Shown here: positions 41,680 to 55,900 of the stretch, in pieces
How positions within the stretch are numbered: the stretch's first letter is position 1
Layout: every line of letters starts with the position of its first letter
Source of the DNA: the human T2T-CHM13v2.0 reference genome, Homo sapiens
Reading direction: 5' to 3' (one strand)
NCBI RefSeq assembly: GCF_009914755.1
Contig: NC_060929.1
DNA length: 64,000 bases
Program-made: the position numbers and the translations under genes
Notes under the pieces: generated by a model
Database searches by the model: none
What the model was told of the DNA's origin: nothing
Seen by the model: only the letters and a program-made list of their open reading frames with translations

Positions 41680-44600
41680 AACCAACATTGCATCCCGGGG
41701 ATGAAGGCTACTTGATCATGGAAGATTAGTGTTTTGATGTGCTGCTGGATTCAGTTTGCAAGTATTTTGTTGAGGATTTTCTTCATCGATGTTCATCAGG
41801 GATATTGGCCTGAAGTTTTTTTTCTTTTTTGTTTTGTCTCTGCCAGGTTTTGGTATCAAGATGATGCTGGCCTCATAGAATGAGTTGGGGAGGAGTCCAT
41901 CCTCCTCAATTTTTTGGAATAGTTTCTATAGGAATGGTACCAGCTTTTCTTTGTGCATCTGGTAGAATTCAGCTGTGAGTCCCTCAGGTCCTGGGTATTT
42001 TTTATTGGTAGGCTATTTATTACTGATTTAATTTTGGAGTGCGTTATTGGTCTGTTAAGGCAATCAATTTATTCCTGGCTTAGTCTTGGGAGGATGTATG
42101 TGTCCAGGAATGTATCCATCTCTTCTAGGTTTTCTAGTTTGTGTGCATAGAAATGTTCGCAGTAGTTTCTGATGGTTGTTTTTATTTATATGGGGTCAGT
42201 AGTAATAGTCCCTTTGCCATTTCTAATTGCATTTATTTGTATCTTCTCTCTTTCTTCTTTATTAGTCTAGCTAGTGGTCTATTTTATTATTTTTTTCAAA
42301 AAAACAGTTCCTGGGTTCATTGATCTTTTGAATTGTTTTTTCATGTCTCAATTTTCTTCAGTTCAGCTCTGATTTTTGTTATTTCTCATCTTCTGCTAGC
42401 TTTGGGGTTGATTTGTTCTTTCTTCTCTAATTCTTTCAGTTTTGAAGTTAGGTTGTTAATTTGAGATCTTTCTAACTTTTTAAAGTGGGCATTTAGTGCT
42501 ATGAATTTCCCTCTTAATACTGCCATAGCAGCATCCCAGAGACTGTGGTATGTTGTATCTTTGTTCTAACTATTTTCAAATAACTTCTTGATGTCTACCT
42601 TAATTTTATTATTTACCCCAAAGTCATTCAGAAGCATGTTGTTTAATTTCCATGTAGTTGCATAAATTTCAGCAATTTTCATAGTTTTGACTTCTATTTT
42701 TATTGTGCTATGGTCCAAGAGTATGTTTGGTGTGATTTTGGTTCTTTAACATTTGTTGAGGATTGTTTTATGTCCAATTATGTGGTTGATTTTAGAGTAT
42801 GTACCATGTGGCAATGAGAAGAATGTATATTCTGTTGTTTTTGGGTGGAGACTTCTGTGAAGATCTATCAGATCTATTTAGTCCAATGTTGACTTCAGGT
42901 CCTGAATATGTATGTTAATTTTCTGCCTCAATGATCTGTCTTGTCAGTGGAGTGTTTAAGTCTCCCATTATTACTGTGTGGGAGTCTAAGTCTCTTTGTA
43001 GGTCTCTAAGAACTTGCTTTATGGATCTTGGTGCTCCTGTGTTGGGTGCATATATATTTATAATAGTTAAGCCTTCTTATTTAATTGAACACTTTACTAT
43101 TATGTAATTCCCTTCTTCATCTGTTTTGATCTTTGTTCGTTGGCAGTCTGTTTTGTCTGAAATTAGGATTATAAGGTTGGCTCAACTTATGCAAATCAAT
43201 AAATGAGATTCATCACATAAACGGGACTAAAGACAAAAAACACATGATTATCTCAATAGACACAGAAAAGGCTTTTGGTAAAATTCAACACCCCTTCATG
43301 TTAAAAATTCTCAATAAACTAGGTATTGAATGAACACACCTTAAAATAATAAGAGCCATCTGTGACAAACCCACAGCCAACATTATACAGAATGGGCAAA
43401 AGCTGGAAGCATTCCCCTTGAAAACTGGCATGAGACAAGGATACCTTCTCTCACCACTTCTATTCAACATAGTATTGCAAGTGCTATCCAGAGCAATCAG
43501 GCAAGAGAAAGAAATGAAGGACATCCAAATAGGAAGAGAAGAAGTCAAACTATCCCTCTTTACAGATGACATGATTTTACATCTAGAAAACCCCACAGGG
43601 TTGGGTGCAAAGCTCCTTCAGCTGATAAACAACTTCAGCAAAATTGCGGGATACAAGATCAATGTACAAAAATCACTAGCATTTCTAGACATCAACAACA
43701 CCCAAACCGAGAGCCAAATGGAAAGGCACTCCATTCCCAATTGTCACAGAAAGAATGAAATAGGAAGGAATACAACTAACCAGGGAGGTGAAAGATATCT
43801 ACGATGAGAAGTACAAAACACTGCAAAAACGTTCCATGATCATGCATAGGAAGAATCTATATCATTAAAATGTCCATACTGCCCAAAGCAACTCACAGAT
43901 TTGATGGTATTCCTATCAAACTATCAAAAACATTCTTCACAGAACTAGTAAAAACTATCTTAAAATTGATATGGAACCAAAAAAGAGCCTGAATATCCAA
44001 GGCAATCCTAGGCAAAAGGAACAATGCTGGAGGCATCATGTTACCTGACTTTAAACTATACTACAAGACTACAGCAAGCAAAACAGCATGGTATTGGTGC
44101 AAAAACAGGAATATAGACCAATAGAACAGAATAGAGAGCCTAACAGTAAGGCACACATCTACAACCATCTGTGTCTGATCTTTGACAAAGTTGGCAAAAA
44201 TAACCAATGGAGAAAAGACTCCCTATTCAATAAATGGTGCTGGGATAACTGAATACCCATAGCAAAAGACTGAAGTTGGACTTCTTCCTTACACCACACA
44301 CAGAAAGCAACCAAGATGGATTAAAGACTTAAACATATAACCCAAAACTATAAAAACCCTGGAAGACAATGTAGGCAATATTATCCTGGACATAGAAATA
44401 AAGATTTCATGACAAAGACATCAAAAGCAATCAAAACAAATGCAAAAATTGACAAGTGGAATCTGATTAAACTAAAGAATTTCTGCACAGCAAAATAGAC
44501 TATCAACAGAATAAACAGACAACCTACAGAATGGGAGAAAATGCATTCAAACTATGTGTCTGCTAAAGATCGAATATCCAGCATCTATACAAAATGTAAA

Positions 44601-45494
44601 TAAATTTGCAAGAGAAAAACAAACAACCCCATTAAAATGTGGGCAGAGGACATGAACACACACTTCTCCAAAGAAGACATACATGCTGCCAACAAACATA
44701 AGAAAAAAGCTCAGTGTCACTGCTCATTAGAGAAATGCACATCAAAATCACAATGAGATACCATCTCACACCAGTAAGAATGGCTATTATTAAAAAGGCA
44801 AACAAACAAAAAGCAGATGCCGGAGAGGCTGCAGAGAAAAGGGAACACTTACACACTGTTGGTGGGAGTGTAAATTAGTTCAACCATTGTGGAAAGCAGT
44901 ATGGCAATTTCTCAAAGAGTTAAAAGCACAACTACCATTGGACCTGGCAGTCTCATTACTGGGTAGATACCGAGAAGAATATAAAACATTCTACCATAAA
45001 GATACTCTCATATGAATGTTCATTGCAGCACTATTCACAATAGCAAAGACATGGAATTAACCTGAATGCTCATCAGTGACAGGTTGGATAAAGAAAATGT
45101 GGTAAATACACACCATGGAATACTATGCAGCCATGAAAAACAATGAGATCATGTCCTTGGCAGGGACATGGCTGGAGCTGGAGGCTATAATCCTTAGCAA
45201 ACTAACACAGGAACAGAAAACGAAATACCACACATTCTCACAAGATCAAGGTCTTCTACTCGATCTTATAAGTGGGAGTGAAATGATAAGAACTTATGAA
45301 CACAAAGAAGGAAACAGCAGACACTGGGGTCTACCTGAGAGGGGAGGGTGGGAGGAGGATGAGGAGCAGAAAAGACAACTATCGGGTACTGGGCTTAATA
45401 GCTGGGTGATGAAATAATATGTACTGCAAACCCCCCTGATACATGTTTACACAAACCTTCATATGGATCTCTGAACCTAAAATAAAAGTTACGA
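41680..45494 (+). mobile_element. Nested twin-primed L1PA (L1PA12-16-like): inverted 5' part 41680-43170 (-), direct 3' part 43171-45494 (+)
   Basis: ORF2 RT remnant 43418-43807 ([25 protein letters not shown]); 3' end 'ctgaacctaaaataaaagtt'; TSD aaagaaaatgtg (41668-41679) / aaaggaaatgtg (45495-45506). Confidence 0.92.
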
Positions 45495-45506
45495 AAAGGA
45501 AATGTG

Positions 45507-46237
<731 letters not shown>

Positions 46238-47674
46238 CCGCGAGCCACCCCGCCCAGCTGCAACTGCTTCTGGGGAAATAGGGATCAGACTATCAGAAGA
46301 ACGCCGCCCAGTCGCCCGGATTACAGATGGACAGTTTAGAATATCAGAGGTCATGTGACTATGAAATGAACACGAACTGTCTATTCCTTTGTCTATTTGA
46401 ACGAAAATAAATAAATCAGGGCCATTTTTATATAAATGTTGTTTACCATGCCAGGGGGAAGTAGAGTCAAAAACAAGATTGGGAACAGGCATGGAACACA
46501 CAGTGGGTGGGTGGGGACCAGAGCGTGTGGCTTCATATGTCACCTCCAGCGCACTCTCAGGACCCTGTGGACATGTGAGCAGGGCTTGGAGAACCGGTGT
46601 AGGCACAGGTCTGGGCCTACAGTTCCATCACCTTAGCCCAGGTGAGCACCCGATTTGCACGTCAAGATTTTCCTGTCCAGCACTAAGGACAGCACCTTAG
46701 TGCTGGGTGGAGGCTCCGCTGACCCCTGCAGTGGGCCATGTCATATTCCTGATATTTTAAACAGGGAGTGCAGAGGATCCCTGCCCCAGAAACCCAGGGG
46801 AGGTTAAAGATGTGATTCTGGTTCTTAATGAGGTTTTCTTTCTTTTAGTTAGTGATTTAAAATACACCTAGTTAATGCTGATGTTTAAAGGTACAAGAGC
46901 CCCCAGAAGTCAACCACAAATTAAAAGCCAGGCAAAAACATGGACTTGTGAGGAATTCAAGGAAACAATTAGCTAACAGGAGCAGTTTAAGTATTTTTCT
47001 GCTTAGTATGTACATGCTGCTGTTGTTTTCTTAACTGTTGCTTAGTAGAACGAAGTACAGTGAGATGTTTAATATGCACATGTTGGGCACGCCACAGGGT
47101 AAGCAGCCAGATGTGTCCCGGGCCATGTGGGAATGAGTGGGAGGCTGGGATGGCGTCAAGGGCCAGGAGTGCGTGCGTTCTGAGGGATGCCACTGCCCTA
47201 AAGTGAAAGCAGAATTGCCTGATGTAACCTTTGTCCTCTATTGCCATGTGGAAGACGAGTCAGGTTTTTAGTTTTGTCTGGAGCAGGCGAACAAGCTGTC
47301 TGGGGTGAAATGATTTCAGATGAACGATAATTAAAACAATCAGAATCATTTCCTATGTCTGTTATCCGCCCTCATCACAGATGTCAAAAGCCATTGGCCC
47401 CACGTGACCCGCTCTGCTCTTCCCCGCATGGGCTCTCTAAGGTGCTGGCAGCCCTGGGAAGATGCCGTCCTTGGCTCTGCCCTGGGGAACGACCCCTCAC
47501 ATCCCAGGAGATGGAGCCATCCCGGAAGGTGAGCTGCTCAGAGCCCGCAGGAATCAGCGCCAGTGTTGGACATTCATAGATACTCAAGGAATTAACTGTC
47601 TCTGTCTCATAGCTGTGTCCAATCATGATTCATGTGACACTTGCTGAAGACAGAGGATAGAAAGAGGTCCGTGG

Positions 47675-47741
47675 GATATACCCCATAGGACAAACCTGCA
47701 TAGTACCCCTGAGTCTAAATAAAAGCTGAAATTTAAAAAAG
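47675..47741 (+). mobile_element. Very short L1P 3' tip
   Basis: 'acaaacctgcatagtacccctgagtctaaataaaagctgaaatttaaaaaa'. Confidence 0.6.
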
Positions 47742-49021
47742 TAAGGAGCAGATGCCAATTAAGGGGTGGCTTACAAGCACTGGACCCAAATCTGAATGTA
47801 AGAAGATAATTTGCTGAAGAGGCATAAGCTAGCACTTGGGATGGACCAGATGGCTAGAGAAGGAAGATGAGGCACAGATAAGATCAAGACAGAAACCTGA
47901 TCAGCTGTAGGGCACATGTGCTGGTCAGGTCCCCAAAACCCTGGGCACTCAGTGTAAGATGTAACCCAAGCGATTAGTGCCCAAGGGCCTGGGGCCCAAG
48001 CCTCACCTCCTCAAGATAAGCTTCAGGGCCACACCCAGCAGACCCACCTGTCAGAAGCCACACCTGGGAGGCATTAACCAAGGCACCTGCTCTCTCAGTC
48101 TCCTGTAATGTGAAGAAGGCCTGCCCCTCCGTGCATGCAGTCCCCTGAGTGGGATGGGGTTTAGGCCACACCCCTGAGCAGGAATTCTGTCTTCTTTATA
48201 AAGCCCTGGAGGCTGGATTCATTTCCTTAAAGGTAGCGAGATTCAGACTCGTGGCTTCCGGTCTGGCAGGAGAGATTTTGGGAGTCCTCACTCCCATCCC
48301 CAGCTTTATCTTTGGGGAAAAAGCTGAGCGAACTGAAAATTGACAGTTCTTCTTAGATCCCTCAGAGAAGTCAAGGCCCAGGGCTGCCCCAATCGGAGCC
48401 ACAGACAGGTGAGTGCAGAGCCACAGCGTTGCCCCCGAGGCAGGACCCTCCACAGGAGCCAGCGTCCCAGTGCGAGGCCGGAAACTGGAGCCATCCTGGA
48501 CCAGTTGCTGCAGGCTCAACATAGACGGATCTGAGGCTACACGCTCCAGGGTCCTGTCTTAGGGAAACCTCACACACTTCTGTGGATTTTACCTCAAGGG
48601 GCTTGGCCGGGTCCTCACAATGAAGATCAGAGAAAAATCCCCTCCTGCTTCTGCCGGGAGAGGAGAAACGAATTATTTAGAAATAACCAGAGCCCTTGGT
48701 TCTTCTTGACAAGGCCTCTCTGCAAGGGAAACTCTTTTACCAGAGACTCACCCACCGACGGGGAGAGAAATGCCCACCTCCAGCCCATGCTAGCCGTGCT
48801 GTCCCGCCCAAAGAAACTGAGAAGCCGCAGCCCAGGAACGCAGGTTCGCTAGGAGACCCAGAGCAACTGCAGGACCACAGAGCCCGCCCCGCACCTCGTC
48901 ACCCCATCCACGGGCTCCTGCCCACAGCAGGGCCCCACGGAGAGAACTGCAAGCCCAGACCTCACTCACGAGAGCGACTTTCTTCACTGCTTAACATCAA
49001 GTTCAGAATATCTGACTTCAG

Positions 49022-49318
<297 letters not shown>

Positions 49319-50759
49319 AGAATATCTGACTTCAGAGTTGGTTTGATTGGCTTTTAGCAAATAGTGTTGTTTAGTAATGTCATTGGACAACTCTCAGGCC
49401 TGTGTCCGTATTTCCAATTTTATGTGTCCTTTCTTTCACTTTATCCCTTGAATTAGATAGAATGTAAATGACTTTGGCTTTTCTAGGGACAATTGTGAGC
49501 TGACTGTATCAAAAGTATTGTCTACACATGACCATGACCCATATCCTAGAAAAGGCTGTGTCCATTTTCTGTAAGTGACTAAAATAGGCTGTTTTAGGAT
49601 TATTTACCTCTTTGCCAGAAGGGAAAACATAATAAAATATATTTGATTATTGACAGGAGATTACTTTAGCATTGCTTAAATTGCAGGTGCATGTGCACAA
49701 TTTAAGTGACTTAATGAATTGCCGTTTGAGAATCAATTTATGAAATGGAGCAAGCACTGAAGTGAAGCAGCATCAGGCCCTGCCCTGGCTCCCCGGGGAC
49801 CTGCCAACGGTGCCTCACACCCCGGCTTCAGCTGCCTTTGTTTTGTAAGAGGCATTTTATGGCTGAAAAACAACAAATAGAGGTTGACTTTCTATGCTCC
49901 CCAGCCTAGAATCTGCTTTGCAGAAGCCTACAGTGAGATTATTCAAGGACACCATTAAATCTGGGCTCCGACAAGTTATTTCAATTATTGAAGTAAAGAA
50001 GTAGATTGACCCAGGTGAGCGTGCCCTTGTGAGGGCCGTGCCCCTGGTGAGGGGCTCTTGGCCTGGCTCTGGTGGCACACATGTGGTAGGCGGTGCTCGG
50101 TGATGCTGTGGAGCTTGGGGTCGGTGGGGTGAGTGAGTGAGGACCCAGCTTGCAGCCAGCACTCAGGGCTCTGATGCACCCAGCACTGTCCACATTTGAG
50201 GTGCCCTGACCCCTCCGGTCTAATGTTTCCAGCTGGTGTCTTTGCATCCGCACTTGGGTGCCTGCTATCATTGCAGATTTGGGAATTCCACCCCAGACCT
50301 ATAGGATTCGGTGGATTTTCTAGGATTAGGTATTCTCAGTGACTCCTATGTTCATCAAAGTTAAAAAAAAATAAAAAATAAAACTTGCTCAAGAAGCCCA
50401 CATCCCCCAAGGCTCCCTCACACCAGAGGGGGCATCTTCATTTCAGGAACAGCTCCTCCCACCTGCACTGCCCCAGGGTCCTGCCCTGGAGGAGTGCGCT
50501 GGGCACCGCCGGCCTCCCTTCTCTGCTTCCATTCTCAGCTCCTGGATCTCCAGAGCCTCTCTCTGCTGAAGGAGTGGGTAAAATCTACCCAATGTAAACT
50601 TTCTGGATACAACTTGAAAAACCAGTAGAACAATGAGCAGTTGATCCACATGACTTTAGACACCTGGGTATTTGAAGACATCCAATGACTGGCTTCAGAT
50701 TTTCTGCTTGTCTCACGCAGAAGGGATGTCTCATGCACACAGCCTTTACGCTGTAATGT

Positions 50760-51325
50760 TCATCCACTCACATTTAATATAATTCACATAGATGGATTTG
50801 GGTTTACTATTTTACTGTTATTTAATACATTCTGTTTAGATTCACTGTTTTGTTTTAATCTCCTCTGTGTTATGATAAATTACATATTTTTGGTATTTCA
50901 TTTTCATTTGCTTTCTAACTACACCTCTTTGCATTATTATTTTAATGATAGCTGCAGGGGTTACAATGTTCATCTTATACATCTGAGAAGATGCTTTGCA
51001 GTTTTCTTAGAGTTAATATTGCACCACTTCAAGTGAAATGTAGAAGTTCTACAACCATATAGTTCACCCACCTCACTCACTTATCTTTACAGTATAATTT
51101 TTATACAAATTATATCTATATACATTATAGAATCCATGACCCTATTATAATTTTTTATTTAAAAAGGTGTGTATATGAAGTAAACTGAGAGAAAAAATAG
51201 TCTTGTAATTAACCACATATTTACTATTTCTGGTGCTTTTCATTCCTTGCTGGAGAAACTGAGTCTCCTTCTAGTATTATTTTTTCTTAGCCTAAAGTGC
51301 TTCTTTACTGTGTATAGTACAGTTT
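50760..51325 (-). mobile_element. Ancient L1M fragment
   Basis: T-rich; 'ttaatattgcaccacttcaagtgaaatgtagaagttctacaaccatatagttc..catatatttactatttctggtgcttttcattcctt'. Confidence 0.55.
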
Positions 51326-52012
51326 GATGGCACTCCTGCCACCCTGCCTTCTCTCCCCTAGTCTGCGCTGATGGCCTCATGCGGAGTTCCCTATGATCAG
51401 TTGACAGAGGAAGAGAAGACTGGGGCCTGGTTCACAGATGGTTCTGCACGACATGCAGGCATCACCTGAAGGTGGACAGCTGCAGCACTACAGCCCCTTT
51501 CTAGGACATCCCTGGAGGACAGCCATGAAGGGAAATCTTCCCAGTGGGCAGAACTTTGAGCAGTGCACCTGGTTGTGTGCTTTGCATGGAAGGAGAAATG
51601 GCCAGATGTGCAATTATATACTGATTCATGGGCTGTGGCCAATGGTTTGGCTGGATGGTCAGGGACTTGGAAGAAGCATGATTGAAAAATTGGTGACAAA
51701 TAAATTTGAGGAAGAGGTATGTGGACGAATCTCTCTGAGTGGTCAAAAACTGTGAAGATATTTGCATCTCATGTGAGTGCTTACCAAAGGGTGACCTCAG
51801 CAGAGGAGGATTTTAATATGACTCGTTCTGTGGACACCACTCAACCTCTTTCCCCAGCCACCTCTGTCATCAGCCAATGGACCCATGAACAAAGTGGCCT
51901 TTGTGGCACGTTTGGAGGTTATGCATGGGCTCAGCAACATGGACTTCCACACACTAAGGCTGACGTGGCTACAGTCACTGCTGAGTGCCCAATTTGCTAG
52001 CAGCAAAGATCT

Positions 52013-52390
52013 ATGTTGAGCCCTCGATATGACACCATTCCTCGGGGTGATCAGCCAGCTACCTTATGCCAGGTTGATTATATTGGACCTCTTCTATCAT
52101 GGAAAGGGCAGAGGTTTGTCCTCAGTGGAACAGACATTTACTCTAGATATACCTTTGCCTATCCTGCATGCAATGCTTCTGCCAAGACTACCATCTGTGG
52201 CCTCACAGAATGCCTTATCCACCATCATGGTATTCCACACAGCATTGTCTCTGACCAGGGCACTCATTTTACTGCTAAAGAAGTGTGGCAGTGGGCTCAT
52301 GCTCATGGAATTCACTGGTCTTACCATGTTCTCCATCATCCTGAAGCACCTGGATTAATAGAATGGTGGAATGGCCTTTTGAAGTCTTAA
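52013..52390 (+). pseudogene. HERV-L integrase core remnant
   Basis: D-D-E core motifs present but frame is bounded by stops (tag at ~51998, taa at 52388). Confidence 0.85.
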
Positions 52391-52659
52391 TTACAAGGTC
52401 AACTAGGCGACAATACTTTTCAGGGCTGGGGCAAAGTCCTCTAAAAGGCTGTGTATGCTCAGAATCAGCATCCAAGATATGCTGTTTCTCTCATAGCCAG
52501 AATTCACAGGTTCAGGAATCAAGAGGTGAAAATGGAAGTGGCACCACTCACCATCACCTAGCAAATTTTTTTTGCTAATGTCGTGGGAACAAATTTTTGC
52601 CATTTGTTCCCACGACATTATGTTCTGCTGGCCCAGAGGTCTTCGTACCATAGGGAATA

Positions 52660-53106
52660 ATGCTGCCACCAGGAGACACAACAACAATTCCATTGAACTG
52701 GAAGTTAAGATTGCCACCTGGACACTTTGAGCTCCTCCTACATTCAAGTCAACAGGCTAAGAAGGGAGTTCCAGTGTTGGCTGGGGTGACTGACCTGGAC
52801 TATCAAGATGAAATCAGTCTACTACTCCACAGTGGAGGTAAGGAAGAGTATGCATGGAATACAGGAGATCCATTAGGGTGTATCTTAGTATTACCATGCC
52901 CTATGATTAAGGTCAATGGGAAACTGCAACAGCCCAATCTGGGCAGGACCACAAATGGCCCGGACCCTTCAGGAATGAAGGTTTGGGTCACTACACCTGG
53001 GGGAAAAAAAAAACACAAGAGAAAAAAACTTGCTGAGGTGCTTGCTGAAGGCAAAGGGAATACAGAATGGGTAATAGAAGAAGGTAGTCATCAATACCAG
53101 CTATGA
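52660..53106 (+). pseudogene. HERV-L dUTPase remnant
   Basis: PPGDTTTIPLNWKLRLPPGHF..KKGVPVLAGVTDLDYQDEISLLL resembles retroviral dUTPase (motif III region), located after integrase as in ERV-L. Confidence 0.8.
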
Positions 53107-53450
53107 CCACGTGACCAGTCGCAGAAAGGACGACTGTAATTATCATGAGCATTTCCTCCTTCTCTTGCTAAAAACATGTTTGTGCATGTATACATTTGCA
53201 CTACAAAATATATTTATTTTATTTCCTTTTTCCTTTATCATGTGACATAAACTTTATTGACTTCATATCAGCATTTAAGTATTGTTAACTTTATGTAATA
53301 GCATTTGGGTTGGGGATTGGTGCATTTCCGGTTGTACAAAGGACAGTTGTATTAGGTCAGGCGTAATTATGGCCTTATTATTGCCTTTATTTGAAGACTA
53401 TGTATGATCTCTGGTGATGTGTATGGGTTCAAGCTAGCAAGGATTGGAGT

Positions 53451-53838
53451 TCTTATGGTTAATACTGAGTGTCAACTTGATTGGATTGAAGGATGCAAAG
53501 TATTGATCCTGGGTGTGTCTGTGAAGGTGTTGCCAAAGGAGATTAACCTTTGAGTCAGTGGACTGGGAAAGGCAGACCCACTCTTAATCTGGGTGGGCAC
53601 CATCTAATCAGTTGCTAGCGTGGCTAGAATATAAAGCAGGAAGAAAAACATGAAAAGGCTAGATTGGCTTAGCCTCCCAGCCTACATCTTTCTCCCATGC
53701 CAGATGCTTCCTGCCCTCAAACATCAGACTACAAGTTCTTCAGCTTTGGGATTCAGACTGGCTTCCTCACTCCTCAGCTTGCAGATGGACTATTGTGAGA
53801 CCTTGTGATCATGTGAGTTAATACTGCTTAATAAACTT

Positions 53839-53871
<33 letters not shown>

Positions 53872-54286
53872 ATATATATATATAGGATATATATATATAT
53901 ATAAAGGATATATATATATAAAGGATATATATATATAAAGGATATATATATATAAAGGATATATATATAAAGGATATATATATATAAAGGATATATATAT
54001 ATATAAAGGATATAGGCTATAGGATATATAGGATATATATATAAAGGATATATATATAAAGGATATAGGCTATAGGATATATAGGACATATATATAGGAT
54101 ATATATCTATATATAAAGGATATATATGTATATATAAAGGATATATATATATCCTATCACATATATATAGGATATATATCTATATATAAAGGATATATAT
54201 GTATATATAAAGGATATATATCTATATATAAAGGATGTATATATATCTTATCAGTTCTGTTCCTCTAGAGAACACTGACTAATACA
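53451..54286 (+). mobile_element. MLT2A 3' LTR of the HERV-L, with internal AT microsatellite expansion
   Basis: Starts 'atggttaatactgagtgtcaacttgattggattgaagg', ends 'ctctagagaacactgactaataca'; aataaa near 53830. Confidence 0.93.
53841..54247. repeat. (TA)n / GGATATATATATAAA compound microsatellite within LTR
   Basis: Repeated ggatatatatatataaa units. Confidence 0.95.
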
Positions 54287-54289
54287 ATG

Positions 54290-55376
54290 ATGAACCTATC
54301 TCCATATCTTTATTTTAATGTCTCTGTATCTTTGTATTTAAAGTAGATTTTTATAGACAACACATATACTTGAGTCTGTTTTCTTAATCCACTTAATGTA
54401 CTCTGATGATCTTGCTCTTTTAATTGACATATTTAGACCATTCGCATTTACAGTGATGATTTATCTAGTTAGATTAATATTAGCCATATTTGTAACTTTT
54501 TTTTTAAATTTGAAGACTTCTGTTTCTGACTCTTCTGGTTTAAACTGACCATTTTATAGGAATCAATTTTATCCTCTCTCTTACCATATCAATTACACTT
54601 CTTTAAAATATAGTGGCTTCCATAGAATTTACAATATACATTTTAACTAATCTAAATCCACCTACAAAGAACACTATTCCACTCCATGTGGAGTGCAGGT
54701 GCCTTCTAGCAGAGAATTCTTGATTATTCCTGCCTGTCCCTTGTGATATTGCTGTCATTTCATTTACTCACATACTATAATCACCCAATACATTTCACCT
54801 TCATTTATCCCTTCCCTGACTCTTTTCTCTTGCGGAGATTCACGTTTCTGATTTATATCACATTCCTTCTTGAAGAGCTGCTTTAATTGTTTCTTTAATG
54901 GCAGATCAGCAGGTGATACATTCTCTCAAGAATTTTTTTGGAGGGAGGTCTGAGAAAGACTTTATTTTTTCTTCATTTTTAAAGATAAATTTAATTGGTT
55001 ATAGAATTCTTGGGGTTTTTCTTCTTAACAATTTAAATATTTCACTCCACTCATATCTTGCTTGTCTGATTTCCGATAAGACGTCAGCTGCAATTCTTAT
55101 CCTTGTTCTTCTCTCTGGCTTTTTTCAAAATTTTCTCCTCCTTTTTGATTTTTTACAGTTTGAAAATAATATGCTTGTGTATAGTTTTTCTTTTTCTCCC
55201 TTCTCCTCCTGTTTCTTCTTCTCCTCTCTTCTTCATCTTATATTTATTCTGCTTTGTGTTGTCTGAGCTTCTAGTATGGGTGGTTTTGAGTCTGTCATTA
55301 ACATTAACATTTTTCTCCTTTGGTATTACATATATGTATACCTTTTGAAATTTTCCCATTCCCAGTAAAGAATGTT

Positions 55377-55418
<42 letters not shown>

Positions 55419-55900
55419 ATTCTTTCTTCTCTGCATTTTAATTTAGGACATTGTTATTGACCTGTCTTCAAGTTCACTGATTCTCTCTTCAGCTGTATTG
55501 GATCACTGGAGCATCAGTGATGCTCACTGATTAACATTCTTTGTTTCTACCACAGTGTTCTTTTTTGGTAGCATTTGTAGCAAATTCTTCAGACTCAGAA
55601 TTTCCATCATTCTACTTACAGTCCCTGTTTGTTCTCTCATGCTTTCTACTTTTCCCATTACAGCTCCTGACATAGTATTCACAATTATTTACATTCCCAT
55701 CTGCTCATTCCCTCATCAGGGCCATGGCTGAGTCTGGTTCTGATGCTCACTTTGTCTTTTTAAACTAAGTTTTTGTATTTTTATTTTGTTTTGGTTTTTC
55801 CCTTTTGACATGGCTTGTCGTTTTCTGAGGAAAATAGACCTCTGGTATGAGTATTTATGTGAGTGTGGCTAGGAGTTCATCTTTACCTAAAGATTTTTCT
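54290..55900 (-). mobile_element. Ancient L1M (MC/MD-like) fragment
   Basis: 'ttaaagtagatttttatagacaacacatata..ttttaattgacatatttagaccattcgcatttacagtgatgatt..tctgagaaagactttattt..cttcaagttcactgattct'. Confidence 0.7.
55380..55415. repeat. (TG)n microsatellite
   Basis: Pure TG run. Confidence 0.97.

Larger units (their letters stand above)
51330..53450 (+). mobile_element. HERV-L (ERVL) internal region, 5'-truncated: degenerate RNase H, integrase, dUTPase
   Basis: tggttcacagatggttctgca (WFTDGSA, RNase H); ORF 51719 THEQSG..ECPIC (degenerate HHCC); ORF 52013 VDYIGPL..SDQGTHFT..GLIEWWNGLLK (DDE integrase); ORF 52660 dUTPase-like. Confidence 0.93.

Noticed and set aside
43418-43807. Reverse transcriptase-like ORF
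   Set aside because: Broken L1 ORF2 remnant, not an independent RT system
50419-50436. CTCF-like caccagagggggcatc
   Set aside because: Register does not fit the CCASYAGRKGGC core; too weak without a PWM scan
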